A stretch of DNA of 64,000 bases from Eledone cirrhosa (lineage: Eukaryota), in NCBI GenBank assembly GCA_964016885.1, contig OZ024755.1, positions 4,464,001 to 4,528,000 on the forward strand, read 5' to 3'. The notes under the pieces are model-generated. The model ran no database searches, was not told where the DNA came from, and was given only the letters and a program-made list of their open reading frames with translations. Positions 12,698 to 42,782 of the stretch are shown in pieces; the stretch's first letter is position 1; each line of letters begins with the position of its first letter. The translations under genes were made by a program, and so were the position numbers.

Positions 12698-12885
12698 GGG
12701 GATTCCTTTCTTTGTTTCTGTGCCTTTCCTTTCTTCTGTCCTACGCCATTTTGTTTCTGTGTGTGTGTTGTGTGCTCAGTTTGCGCATGCGCCACATCCG
12801 GGTGTCTGTGTGTGTTTGTGTTCATTTATCTATTTATTGTTGGTTGGTTGTTTGTTCTATGTGTGTGTGTGTTTTCATTTTGTCC

Positions 12886-13548
12886 TTAATTGTAAGTTGT
12901 GATGTTGCTGTTCCACTCATATTTTCTATTTAATTTTGGTTGTAATTCTTTTATGCTTACTGCCTCTGTAATTTGCCTAAACATTGCATCTTTTCTGTGT
13001 GTGGATTCTATTTTTATTTCTATATTCTCTAATTTACCCCTGTGTTCTATCTTAGCATGTTGGTAGAGCACAGATGATTCTTTATTATCTTGAAGGTCTC
13101 GCCAGTGTTCATTTATTCGTTCCCCTATACTATGAGCTGTCTCACCTATGTACACTATATTTTTGTTTCTACATTGTCCTTCAGTACATCTTATGCTATA
13201 CACTACATTTCTAGTTTTACAGTTAATATGGGGGCTTATTTTACAGGTTATACATTTCTTATCTATACATGAGGGTCTTTGGAACGGGTATGTCTTGCTA
13301 ATAAGTGTTTTTACGGAGGTACCTGGTCTTTCTACTATCTTAATATTGAGTTTATGTTTATTTAGGGCCCTTCTAAATTTGTAGGCTAGTTCGCCTCTAG
13401 GGGTTGTATTGATGAACATTACACTCTGGTATTTATTGCTATCATACCATGAGTTTATTCTATTGGCCTTGTTCCTAGTTCTTTCTATTCTATTCCAAAA
13501 TTTGCTCCTATACAAGGGGCAGGTCCCATTTGTGTCATTAATTACCAT
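12886..13548 (-). CDS. Penelope-like element ORF fragment: RT C-terminus, Cys linker, GIY-YIG endonuclease
   Basis: CIDKKCITC...CKTRNVVYSIRC...YIGETAHSIGERINEH...HAKIEH...RQITEAVSI...LNRKYEW; open for 220 codons; RT core absent. Confidence 0.85.
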   Translation of the reverse strand: MVINDTNGTCPLYRSKFWNRIERTRNKANRINSWYDSNKYQSVMFINTTPRGELAYKFRRALNKHKLNIKIVERPGTSVKTLISKTYPFQRPSCIDKKCITCKISPHINCKTRNVVYSIRCTEGQCRNKNIVYIGETAHSIGERINEHWRDLQDNKESSVLYQHAKIEHRGKLENIEIKIESTHRKDAMFRQITEAVSIKELQPKLNRKYEWNSNITTYN

Positions 13549-13760
13549 TATTTACCATTTTTTCAAAATGAAAACACACACACACATAGAACAAACAACC
13601 AACCAACAATAAATAAATAAACAAATAGATAAATGAACACAAACACACACAGACACCCGGATGTGGCGCATGCGCAAACTGAGCACACAACACACACACA
13701 GAAACAAAATGGCGTAGGACAGAAGAAAGGAAAGGCACAGAAACAAAGAAAGGAATCCCC

Positions 13761-13805
13761 AGTCACTGAAGAGGTCACAGAGTGTGTGACGAAAGGACTA
13801 TGACT
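13761..13805 (+). ncRNA. Minimal hammerhead ribozyme in inverted pLTR
   Basis: Stem I AGTCA/TGACT, CTGAAGA 13766-13772, 6-bp stem II GTCACA/TGTGAC, GAAA 13791-13794, 1-bp stem III. Confidence 0.8.
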
Positions 13806-13963
13806 ATATATAAGCAACTATCTGGTTGTGGAACCAACCAACCAACCAGAAATTTATAAGTTTGTAGATTTGTAAATTTATAAATTTATAAATATATAAT
13901 AAATTGAAGTGAAAGCAACTGGTGCGTGTGTTTCTTATTGGCAACATGACCCTCCCAAAGTAT

Positions 13964-14049
<86 letters not shown>

Positions 14050-14054
<5 letters not shown>

Positions 14055-15578
14055 AGTCGTTTGGAAGCCTCGACAATGCAAATGGGTAAATCTCCGGGTA
14101 ACAGGGTCCGGTGGAGGAGAGAGAGATATGTAAGTGGGTGTACGTTGAGATGCGTGGTGTGTATAAGATGTGTGAGATGTGTAGAATGAAGGGAAGAGTG
14201 AAAGGGTAAAAATAATAATAACACAGGAGAGAGAGTTACCTTGGGAGAGATTTAATAGTCCCTATATATTTCGGATTCACATGCATCAACTGGGGGTTTT
14301 TTCCGGGGTGGGGGAAAAGGTTGTCTGTCGGACAATTCGGAACGCGTCTTTCGCTGTTTGTTGATTTGAATATCTGAGGTATTCGGTCGAGCGCGCGTGC
14401 GCGTGAAATGGGGTCGGTCGTACAGAAGTCAACGGCCGAATGAGGGAGTGGGATGGCGCTAGCTGTCAGTCCATTCTCTGCCTGCTTGTTAAATGTTACT
14501 GTGTGTGTGTGTGCGTGTGTTGTTGTCTCGCTTGAGTGTGTGTGTGTGTGTGCGTGTGTAGTTACCTTGTTCATCTGTATTGGCAGTGTAGTATGTTCGT
14601 ATGGCGGAATGCTACTGTGTGTGTGTGCGTGTGTGTGTGTAGTTGTCTCGTTTGCGTGTGTGTGTGTGTGCGTGTGTTGTGTGTTGTTGCATCGCTTGTT
14701 AACTTAGACCAGCCATTTCATTTCGCTTCTCTCTAATCGGTTGTTTATTTGCGGTTGTAGTCGTTTGATAAGAAGCCCTTCCTTAATACGTAACGTGCCG
14801 ACGTTTCTTTCAGTCGCTAGAATTGTGACAATGGGCCTTCCGTCTTTGTTTCCGCATTTGTCTATGTGTTTCCGGAAAGACGAGGCCCTGGTTTTAATGT
14901 GTTCCTTGATCCGGATGTGCAAAGGTCGAATTGTGCTACCTATGTAGTATTGGTTGCACCTGTCACATTCTATCTTATACACGACGTATGTGCGTAGGCA
15001 ACAGTTAGCATGGCGTATCGGGCAGTCTCTGAGGGAGCATGCGTCAGTAGACTTTTCGGTTTTCCTGGAGAGGCATCTTCGCAGGGAGGGGCCCTAGTGG
15101 GCCAGGTGGATGTCGACGCCCTCCCTCCGTATAGCCTTGCGGATAGCGTTGGTGGTTTTCTCGCCCAGGTGTGGTATTTTAAGGAAGCACTTGCCTTGGG
15201 TGCTTCTCTGTCTCTTGCGTCTGGTGTCTCCTATTCTGTCTGTGATCGAGATAGGGTACCCGTTCGTCTCCAGCACCTCGAGGAATCGCTTGGTATGAGT
15301 GACACCACTCGCGGGATCGCTGCATCTGTCTTTGATTCGCGCGATCTCGTTCGTGATGTATCCTCTTTTGGCACTGTTAGGGTAGGCGGACTTGTAGTGA
15401 ACGAATAGGTCCCTGCAGGCTGCCTTTCTGTAGAAGTTGCACTGGATCCCTCCTTGTTCCGTGATGTTGATTCGGAAGTCGAGGAGGGCAAGTGACTCGT
15501 CTTCGTTGGGGTGTTCAACACTGAAGTCAATGTTCTCGTCCGTGTTGTTGAACGTCTCATAGATTCTGTTCGCCGTGT
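14050..15578 (-). mobile_element. Second 5'-truncated Penelope-like element (RT C-terminal part plus GIY-YIG) with one nonsense codon
   Basis: FNNTDENIDFSVE...LALLDFRI...FYRK...VHYKSAYP (RT end/thumb) continues in the same frame past TAG 15094-15096 into CSLRDCPI...CLRTYVVYKIECDRCNQYYIGSTIRPLHIRIKEH...LRIKEGLLI...INNR, stop at 14704; 3' end abuts (TA)n. Confidence 0.88.
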
Positions 15579-16242
15579 ATTTATATTTAGGGGAAAATAC
15601 GTACTTCAAGGTGGGAAAGTTTTTTTCCCTTTACATTTTCGCCTGATATGGGGACTATTTCTCGAAAAAAAAACAAACAAACTGTTACGAGAGTCTCCAA
15701 GATTTTTGATAATAATTTCCTTCTGTTTGGGTCATGATAACATTTGTACAAGAACAGCAACTCAACGACTTTTTCCTTTGTTTTACATTGGTTGTATATG
15801 TTGAAAAGCTTGTCTGGCATTGAATCAACGTGTAACACTAATAACTAACTATTAGACTAATTGACATACTCATTATAACAATCAGCAACACATAGTCAGC
15901 AAAACATTTTAACCAATTTAACATGGCTGCCAATTTTAAAGCAGACGATTGAGTGAAAATTCTAATCTTATCAAAGATAAAACCAAAATAAGAATGGTGT
16001 AGAGTTTTATGTTTTATAAATAAACCGCAGACGGGTTTTCTCTTCTAAATTCCCATTGTTGTATATACATATATATACAGACCTTAATTTTATTATATAC
16101 TTTTTATTATATTTCCTGTAGCATGAAGAAACCGAAACAATTATCGGCTGACATCGGTACGATAAATTACTTTTAAATAAACGTTTTGCTGTTATTCTAT
16201 GAGAAAATCCCATTAGCATTTTCTACTTTTTTTCTTATTTTC

Positions 16243-16287
<45 letters not shown>

Positions 16288-18139
16288 TACACTAGATCGT
16301 TTTTGAATAAGAAAACGGATAAGGGTAGGTGAAGAAGTTATTACAGCTCAAAATGTAAGATGTATTACAGTAAACTATTCAGAAGGCTGCATACAATTCT
16401 ATTTGTATAGAATACTTATTTTAGACGTTTAAGTAAACTGATAGACCAAATATTACATTGAAAAGAAGACCAAGACTGTTATATTATATTATATTTAACT
16501 AACACATGTTTCTTCCACATCTTAAGCAGATATATAATCAATCATTAGTTAATTTATTATATGATCAAAAGATTGGATTCATCAGAATTAATAAAAAGAA
16601 TACAAGAAACATTTTACCTCTTCGAATCATTTAACATATATAGCCTCACAATCACCCGAGGCAATGCTGCGAGTGTGCTGGCTTGCCTCAAAAATCATTA
16701 GAGAAGTTGCCCGGTACTCCTCGGGACGTTTCTGTCTTTTGCTCAAGTGTTGGTTCGGTTGTTCACTCTTTCCTTTACATTTTCTTTAATATTGCAATAT
16801 TAAAGGAATATATCCTTCTGTCAGAATCGCGAGCAATTTATGATGTTATTTAAGCATTTATAATGTTATTTATGTATATATTTAAAACATATTTGTTAAG
16901 TTATTCTACTGTAAATTTATTTATATGCTTTGTATAATAAAAGTTTATTTAATAAAACTATATTCTGAAAGGGGATTACATTTTACAGTGGACACCCATC
17001 TTACCAAAGTTGTATGCAAATTGTGTTACTGGTACTTTATTCTATCGACCCCGTAAGGTTGAAAGGCAATTATTCACTAAATAATAATTTCTACATTGGA
17101 CACAAGGCCAGTAATTTTATGTAAGGGGAAAGTCGATTAAGTCCACCCAGTTTGTTACTGGCACTTTATTTTATCGACCTCCTAAACTTGAAATTCACTC
17201 AATAATAACAGCTATCATAATTCAGAACACTCTGATTCTTTTATATATTTATTTATTCATTTATTTATTTATACAATATTAATTATATAAAAAGGCCTTA
17301 ATTATTCAGTGATGTGATTCTTAATTTCTTCAATAAAAGTTGGGTCGTTGTTTTTTTGTGTGTTTTTGTCCTTATTATACATATTGTTACGTATCTTTAC
17401 ATTAAAATTCCGCCGGAGTTTGCTTTGTCGTTCATCCTTACGGGAGGGGGGGGGGGGGGTTGATAAAATGCTGTACCAGTAACACACTGGTATCGATTTA
17501 ATCGATTAACCCCTTCCTTTAAAATTGTCCGTCTTGTGCCTAAATAAGAATCCATTATTTGATTCATTGTAGAAACTACCAAGAATGGAACAGTAACATA
17601 TTGTCAAAAACCTTACATGTGTGTGTATGACTAACCCTCTCTGCCGCTGTGTGTATCTGTGTGTGTGTCTCTCCCTCTCCCCCTCTCTCTCTATGTGTGT
17701 GTCTCTCTGTGTGTGCGCGCGTGTGTCTGTCTGTCTGTTTCTCTCTCTGTATGTGTGTATCTGTGTGTGTGTGTCTCTGTGTGTGTGTGTCACTGTGTGT
17801 GTATGTGTGTCTCTCTCTCTCTGTGTATATATGTGTGTATGTATGTCTCTCTCTCTCTGTATGTGTGTGTCTCTCTGTGTGTGTATATGTGTGTATGTAT
17901 GTCTCTCTCTCTCTCTCTCTGTATGTGTGTGTCACTGTGTGTGTATGTGTGTGTCACTGTATGTGTGTGTGTAGGAATGGGTCAGTGTGAAGATGTAGCA
18001 TTAGCTGAAGTCCCCCAATTAACTAAGTCTACTGTAATTAGTTGTATTGTAATTTACTCGAGTTGTTACCAGATTAATTAAATTTTAAAAGATTATCAAA
18101 TATAAATGCGTAGAAACTACATTGATACCGCCACCTTCC

Positions 18140-19277
18140 CCTCCTCTAAACCACCATCATCCCCACCACCACCACCACCATCATCCCCACCACCACCATC
18201 ATCCCCACCACCATCATCCCCACCACCACCACCACCATCATCCCCACCACCACCATCATCCCCACCACCAATACCACCACCACCACCATCATCCCCACCA
18301 CCAATACCACCACCACCATCATCATCCCCCCCCCCCACCATCATCCCCACCACCACCACCACCATCATCCCTCACCACCAATACCACCACCACCACCATC
18401 ATCCCCACCACCAATACCACCACCACCATCATCATCCCCACCACCACCACCACCACCATCATCCCCACCACCACCACCACCACCATCATCCCCCACCACC
18501 ATCATCCCCACCACCAATACCACCACCACCATCATCCCCACCACCAATACCACCACCACCACCATCATCCCCCCCACCATCACCATGTATGTACGTACGT
18601 ACGTATGTACGTATGTATGTATGTATGTATGTATGTACGAATGTATGTATGGATGTATGTATGCATGTATGTCTATGTATGCGTGTATATACATATATAT
18701 AATGTATGTATACATATATGTATGTATACATGTATGTATGCATGTATGTGTGTATATATGTATGTATGTATGAAATAAGTAAGTATATATGTATGTACTA
18801 TGTATGTATGTATGTATGAATGTATGTATATATGTACGTATGTATGTATATACGTACGTACGTATGTATGTATGTATGTATGGAGTAAGTATGTATATGT
18901 ATGTATGTATATATCTACGTATGTATGTATATATCTACGTATGTATGTATGTATGTATGTATGTATGTATGTATGTATGTATGTATGTATGTATGTATGT
19001 ATGTACGTATGTATGTATGAAGTATGTATGTATGTATGAAGTATGTATGTATGTATGTATGTATGTATGTATGTATGAATGTATGTATGTATGTATGAAG
19101 TATGTATGTATGAAGTATGTATGTATGTATGTATGTATGTATGTATGTATGTATGTATGTATGTATGTATGTATGTATGTATGTATGTATGAAGTATGTA
19201 TGTATGTATGTATGTATGTATGTATGTATGTATGTATGATGTATGTATGTATGTATGTATGTATGTATGTATGTATG

Positions 19278-19311
<34 letters not shown>

Positions 19312-19330
19312 TGTATGTATGTATGTATGT
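18140..19330. repeat. Compound (CCA/CAT)n then (TATG)n microsatellite block
   Basis: Direct observation; source of the Pro/His/Gly and MYVC ORFs. Confidence 0.95.
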
Positions 19331-19469
19331 TTGTCTATACACACACACATACACATTAAATTGTTGCCAAAGAAAGTGGTCAGTCCTTGAATATAACCGG
19401 ACACTATGTAGAATCTCTTTTAATTAACGCTAAACTATTCATGGCTACTTGTTCCGGTTCGGAGAGGTA

Positions 19470-20300
19470 CAATAACAACAGTAACAACAACAACAACAAC
19501 AACAACAACGTCAACAACAACAGTAACAACAGCGTCAACAACGACAGCACAACGTCAACAGCGTGAAAAACGACAAAGCCAACGTAAAAAAGGACACCAG
19601 CAACAGCAAAGTCATCAACAACAGCGTCAACAACGCCAACAACGTGAAAAACGATACCAACAACAACGTCAACAAAAACAGCGTCAAGAACGACAGCACA
19701 ACGCCAAAACGTGAAAAACGACACCAACAACAACAGCGTCAACAACGACAACACAACGTCAACAACGTGAAAAACGACAAAACCAACGTAAAAAAGGACA
19801 CCAGCAACAGCAAAGTCACCAACAACAGCGTCAACAACGCCAACAACGTGAAAAACGATACCAACAACAACAGCGTCAAGAACGAGAGCACAACGCCAAC
19901 AACGTGAAAAACGACACCAACAACAACAGCGTCAAGAACGACATCACAACGCCAACAACGTGAAAAACGACACCAGCAACAACAACGTCAACAACAACAG
20001 CATCAAGAACGACAGCACAACGCCAACAACGTGAAAAACGACACCAGCAACAGCGACGTCAACAACGACGTCAGAAAACGTCAACAACGACGTCAGAAAA
20101 CGTCAACAACGTCGACAACGACTAAAGTAACGTCAACAACGTCGACAACGACGGCGGCGCCAACAACGTGAAAAACGGGAAAAAAACCACAACGACGTCA
20201 ACAACGGCAGCTCCAAAAAATACAACCACGGCGGCATTGACGACGAAGATAACGCGAACAACAGCATCGTTGACAAGAACACGAACAACAAAAACAACAA
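19470..20300. repeat. AAC-rich degenerate minisatellite
   Basis: Recurring AACAACGTGAAAAACGACACCAACAACAACAGCGTCAAGAACGACAGCACAACGCC-like unit; frame not conserved between units. Confidence 0.85.
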
Positions 20301-20338
20301 CTATTTTAAAGATAACACCAAGGAAAGGAGATAGCCCC

Positions 20339-25827
<5,489 letters not shown>

Positions 25828-25877
25828 GAAGATTGAAACAGAATACAGATCTATTTACACATCTATTCCTTCATCTT

Positions 25878-25941
<64 letters not shown>

Positions 25942-25946
25942 CATAT

Positions 25947-26075
<129 letters not shown>

Positions 26076-26475
26076 CCATTTCCTGAAGAAGGGCCTATGT
26101 TCGAAGCGCCGAACCCTCCTCTACTTTCTCCTTAACGGGTTACTAATAAGACTTGTCATTTCTTGAACTATATATAACAGATTAAAGTTTAAGCAAAGAA
26201 TCGTTGCTTTCACCATTGACGGGATCTTCTGAAACTAAAAAAGTCAATCAATATTATATATATATATTATATAGCCAAGGTTAACTTTGCCTTTCATCCT
26301 TACGGGGTAGATAAAATAAAGTACCAGTAATGCACTGGGTAATTGGTGGCCTTGTGCCAAAAATAGAAACAATTATATATATATTATATATATATTATAT
26401 ATATATTATATATATATTATATATAAATAATTTGAACTAGCACACTGTAACCTGATATATTATATACATACATAC

Positions 26476-26522
<47 letters not shown>

Positions 26523-26545
26523 ACATACACGCACACACTCACACG

Positions 26546-26606
<61 letters not shown>

Positions 26607-26918
26607 GCACACACATACACGTATGAAATGCTTTAAATATCAGTAACTGTAAGGTCATGCTTAGATTGCTTGAAATAAAGTCATAAAAAAAGTGAAAATA
26701 CAATTGTTGTTATTGTTGTTGTTATTGGTATTATGATCCTTGTGTTGTTGTTACTGTTAATATTGTTTTTTTTTGGACACCATGGCCGAATGGTTTAGAA
26801 GAAGTTCGCTTTAGAATCATTAGGTCTGCGGGTTCGATCCTAGTTCGTGATATCTTGGGCAAGTGTCATTTACTATAGCATATGTTTTTGAGCGGTTGTG
26901 TGCCGGTGGATGTGTGTA

Positions 26919-26953
<35 letters not shown>

Positions 26954-26958
<5 letters not shown>

Positions 26959-27145
26959 AACCAGTAAGACCCCGACGGCTGAGCTCAAGCCGTTTCGACG
27001 GCTAATTCAGGACTCAATTAGCCGTCGAAACGGCTTGAGCTCCCCCGTCGGGGTCTTACTGGTTCCTATTACCCACTCTACTACCCTAAGTATTGAGTAC
27101 TTTGGTGCGTTATGGTCCACCTGGTTCCTTACCACATTTCCTTCG

Positions 27146-27148
<3 letters not shown>
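26954..27148 (+). mobile_element. Fold-back element between (TA)n tracts with the 3' half of a hammerhead
   Basis: 54-bp inverted arms 26954-27007/27016-27069; GAA-ACGG...CCGT-C (GUC site) at 27027-27049; CUGANGA lost at the inversion apex. Confidence 0.6.
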
Positions 27149-27190
<42 letters not shown>

Positions 27191-27742
27191 AATAAAGATT
27201 CAGCGAGAATCGCATTTCGGCGGGCAGGAAAGGCGAAGCGAAACGCAAAAATCAGAAATGATACGGGCAAAGTGCTCAATAGTTAAAAACCAGAGCTAAA
27301 CAATGTGTTAAGAAGCCATACAAAACTGAAAAGGTGGTCAAGAAGGCATTAACAACCCAAGCCAAAAACCAAATCAAGCTAAACAGGTCAAAACAAAATA
27401 AATGATAAAAAATAAATGATATTTAAATAAATATAGTATAAAAAAAAAGAAAAATCAGTGATGCATCTGGACTCAGTTTATTGCGTGTTACAATTGTTTC
27501 GCCGGCGAAAGAAAGAATATTGAGTGCTAATTTTGGCATACCGCCTATGAAGCACCATAGCTACCATTATACACATATATAAATAAATATATATATATAA
27601 AAATAAATATATATATATAAATAAATATATATATAAAAATAAATATATATATATATAAATAAATATGTATATATATAAATAAATATATATATATATAACT
27701 AAATGTATATATATATAAATAAATATATATATATATAAATAA

Positions 27743-27780
<38 letters not shown>

Positions 27781-27866
27781 AATAAATAAATATATATATA
27801 TATAACTAAATATATATATATATAACTAAATATATATATATATATAAATAAATATATATATATAAA

Positions 27867-27916
<50 letters not shown>

Positions 27917-27978
27917 TATATATATATATATAACTAGATATATATATATATATATAAATAAATATATATATATATAAC

Positions 27979-28046
<68 letters not shown>

Positions 28047-28279
28047 TATATATATATATAAATAAATATATATATTTATTAATAAATATATATATATAAA
28101 TAAATAAATATATATATATAAATAAATATATATATTTATTAATAAATATATATATATAAATAAATAAATGTATATATATATATATAAATAAATATATATA
28201 TTTATTAATAAATATATATATATATAAATAAATATATATATTTATTAATAAATATATATATATATAAATAAATAAATAA

Positions 28280-28335
<56 letters not shown>

Positions 28336-29533
28336 GCCACTCAATCACAGGGTTGAACTTCCAGCTATTACTGGTACTCACTTTCAGCTGAGTGTACTGT
28401 AGCAACGTGAAATGAAGGTGTTTTCCTCAAGAACACAACACACAACCCACTTCAGGAATCGAACGCAGTGCGTCACGACTTATGATCGTATGGCCAACAC
28501 CTTTACCACTAGGTCAGATCCACACAGTGGCGAGGACCTTAAAATACCCTCAAACACCAAACTTGGAACACAATATACTGGAGTAGATCGGCCATCTCCC
28601 AACATGACCCCAAAATAATGACTCAATTCAGTAAAACATTGAAAGAATAAAAGAATATTATAATCCTTTAATATTGTCTAATTAAAACATTTACAAAATT
28701 ATTGTTGTTTGTAGATTCTTTACAGTTTTAATTACACGTTTATATTTTAATCGATTTTTTGTCTTTCATCATTGTATATTGAAAATGATTCGAACACCAT
28801 AGACAGAATGTGTTTCATGAGAAATATGGTAAGGAAAGAATTAATCCGGCACTCTAATAACTTTGCCAATTTGCAATATTATAAGACTTGGAAAAATCAG
28901 AAAAGATCACACGTGTACTGATAAAAATATATTCCTAACAAGTACTGGACATAAAAGAATTAAAGTCCCATTGTCACAGCCCCCGTCTCTCTCGCTCAAG
29001 TGTACAGATTTGTCTGAATAAAGACAAACAAATTAATTCTATGTGAGTTAGTAAACATGAACACACGTACTATGAATGTCTAGAAAAGAAAAAAAACTAT
29101 AATTTTTGACATGTAAATGATTTAAGGTGGCACCGACATATTTTCTATTTGGGTTTATTGAATTTAATACAACGAGATTTATTCTTTACGGTAGAAGCAA
29201 TAACGCTGTTGTAATCCTCCTCCTAATTAATAAAGTAAAGATCACACCTAAACCAGTGTCTATCAATCGATATGTATATGTATATATATATATATATATA
29301 TTAGGTTATGCAAGAAATGCTTAGGATTATCTTGAATGCAGTAATGGTTAATTACTACACTAGATAGAGTCGACGTACGGTGAGGGGTTACTCAACGAGT
29401 TATGGAAGAATAGTTAAAGAAGCTCAGTTTCTGATTCTCCTGTATTCCGGAGTGTAGATAAAGAATGAATAATAAAACAGGTAGACATCATAAAAAGGTA
29501 ATTTATTCCGAGTGCTTACAAGTGGATATTTAC

Positions 29534-29584
<51 letters not shown>

Positions 29585-29599
29585 ATAATTTGTTATCCC

Positions 29600-29644
<45 letters not shown>

Positions 29645-29659
29645 TACATATATATATAC

Positions 29660-29737
<78 letters not shown>

Positions 29738-29836
29738 TATATACACATATATATACACATATATATATATACATATATATATATACATATATATTTACAT
29801 ATATTATATACATATATTATATACATATATATTTAC

Positions 29837-29984
<148 letters not shown>

Positions 29985-30126
29985 TATATACATACACATA
30001 TATATATATATACATACATATATATATATACGTATATACATACATATATATATATACATATATATATACATATACATATACACATATATATATTTCGTAA
30101 TTTGTACCCCTCTGTTGTTTTTTTAC

Positions 30127-30197
<71 letters not shown>

Positions 30198-30264
30198 ATA
30201 TTATATATATATATATATATTATATATATATATATTATATATATATATATATATTATATATATA

Positions 30265-30353
<89 letters not shown>

Positions 30354-30393
30354 TATATATATATATTATATATATATATATATTATATATATA

Positions 30394-30484
<91 letters not shown>

Positions 30485-30847
30485 TATGTTTGGGTCTTGA
30501 TGTGTGTGTGTGTGGGGGGGGGGGGCAACTATGCGTGTATTGCATATAAGCAACCATCAGTACCAACTGGACAAGAGTACTAATTAAATGCCGTATTTAG
30601 CAAGAAAGTTCTTTGTCTTTTTAATAAGTTAAAATAATCCTGGCTAGACTTTTAGAATGAATCACTCTCAGGTTAACAGATTTTCTATGCTATATATAAA
30701 TGTAGTGGAACTGTTTTAAGTTCAGAAAATAAACACTGAATCCAACTGTAAGAATCTTAAAACCGAACAAAACGAACTGTACGAAAAATACATAGAGGAA
30801 CATCACACATTTCATACCATACGTTCCACATTACATACGTATATTAT

Positions 30848-30900
<53 letters not shown>

Positions 30901-30977
30901 TTTTCTTCTCGTAGTCGGCTACAAGAAGAGTTCTTTGTCAGACCTCAATCAATCTATCAACCCCAAAAAACCTCACG

Positions 30978-41103
<10,126 letters not shown>

Positions 41104-41344
41104 ACAGCCATACTGACGAAAACACATGCATGCATGCATTTATATATATATACATACATACTTACCATTAAATATAATATAAATATACACATAGACGTGC
41201 ATTGGTCTATAAGAACTTTTGGGCAATGCCCGCTGGTTCCGTGACGGAAAACTGAAGACATGGCAACTGCCCTAAGATTGAAATGAAAATGGAAGGAGAC
41301 TTAGGAGAAGAGGGAAAATATATCTTTGACTCTCATTAGTCAGT

Positions 41345-41755
41345 CGTGTGTTAATCAGTGTCACCTTGGCCCTCAGTAGTCTGTTAGTGTCACCTTACCT
41401 GGGCAGTAAAATCACACCTCTGGCCCTCAGTAGTCTATTAGTGTCACCTTAGCTAAATAGTAAAATCACATCTCTGGCCCTCTGCCATCAGTTAGTGCCA
41501 TCTTACCTGGGCAGTGAAAAGATACCTCTGGCACTCTGCCATAAGTTAGTGTCTCCTTAGCCAAGTAGTAAAAATACACCCTGGCCCTCTGCCATCTGTT
41601 AATGTCTCCTTACCTGGGCAGTAAAAAAAACACCTCTGGCCCTCTGCCATCTGTTAGTGTCACCTTACCTGGGCAGTAAAAACGCACCCCTGGCCCTCAG
41701 CCACCAGTTAGTGTCCCCTTACCCGGGCAGTAAAAACGCACATCTGGCCCTCAAC
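41345..41755. repeat. ~55-bp degenerate minisatellite downstream of gene 2
   Basis: CTCTGGCCCTCTGCCATCTGTTAGTGTCACCTTACCTGGGCAGTAAAA..CAC repeated about 7 times. Confidence 0.88.
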
Positions 41756-42457
41756 ATTCTGCCAGTTACCACCCTGGCCGGTTTTAAACAGCCAGTCCAC
41801 TTCTGCACACACAAATCTAAAACAAACATACACACACACTGTATGTATATATGTATATATATATATATCACTCCTAAGAAATATGAGGAGAAATAAAAAT
41901 GAATATTCAAAATATAACGAAATAAAAAATAAAGTACAAGAAATTACTAATTTTTTTTTATTATTATTATCAAATTACAGGCTTGCTTTATATAAAACTT
42001 ATTCAGTAAACTTTGGAAAAAAATATTTTTTTTGTTTTTCACGCTTTATGATACTAGAGGGTGAGGGTTGCAAGGAGTGGAATCAGAAGTTTTTCAGAAC
42101 ATAGCAAAGAATCTCACTGTTCTGGGTTCAAACTCGGCTCTGGTCAATTTTTATTTTTACTTTTATTTCGTGGTTTCTAAGGAATCAGAAGTTTGATACA
42201 AAAACTAAACAACCCAAAACGAAAAAACAAACAAACAAAACTAAATAAAAAGAACTGAAAACAAAAAAAGAAAACCCGTTGCTGAGAAGCAAACATTTTA
42301 ACTACAGAAACCAGACTTTTGTTCTGATATCTTAATACTAAGGTAAATATTGGTAGAGATACTCTTCTGTGTGTTTAGGGGACTTATTCAGAACTTGTTT
42401 GATGTGTGTGGACTTGTTTGACAGGAAAGATGAATGATGTGAGTATTATAGCTTTGG

Positions 42458-42782
42458 CGTCTCTATACTGAGAATATCGTCTGTTTTAACGTCTCTATAC
42501 TGAGAGTATCACAGTTTATCGTCTGTATACTGAGAGTATCACAGTTTATCGTCTGTATACTGAGAGTATCACAGTTTATCGTCTGTATACTGAGAGTATC
42601 ATAGTTGTAACGTCTCTATACTGAAAGTATCACTGTTTATCGTCTGTATGTTGAGAGTATCACAGTTTATCGTCTCTATACTGAGAGTATCGTAGTTTTT
42701 CGTGTGTATACTGAGAGTATCACAGTTTATCGTCTGTATATTCAGAGTATCACAGTTTATCGTCAGTATGTTGAGAGTATCG
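42458..42782. repeat. 30-bp minisatellite
   Basis: CGTCTGTATACTGAGAGTATCACAGTTTAT, about 10-11 copies, no spacers. Confidence 0.93.

Larger units (their letters stand above)
12431..13971 (-). mobile_element. 5'-truncated Penelope-like retroelement with inverted pLTRs, inserted in (TA)n
   Basis: GIY-YIG ORF flanked by ~400-bp inverted repeats (12487-12882 vs 13564-13971), each with a hammerhead motif; TA tracts on both sides; related fragments at ~36316-36490 and ~49580-49656. Confidence 0.9.

Noticed and set aside
15094-15096. Selenocysteine recoding in the PLE ORF
   Set aside because: The in-frame stop is TAG, not TGA, and no SECIS was recognised.
18106-18778. Extensin-like Pro-rich or His-rich ORFs
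   Set aside because: (CCA/CAT)n microsatellite open in multiple frames, running into (TATG)n; no splice or domain support.
26085-26130. Hammerhead at CTGAAGA near 26093 (also CTGATGT near 58940 and CCGATGA near 32133)
   Set aside because: No convincing GAAA, stem III and stem I could be assigned.
26775-26880. tRNA gene (also other box A/box B hits)
   Set aside because: Pol III boxes are present but no cloverleaf could be built, and they run into SINE body sequence; these are SINE heads.
42458-42782. CRISPR-like array (also 22828-23022 and 41345-41755)
   Set aside because: Head-to-tail units with no unique spacers, no cas genes, eukaryotic context.
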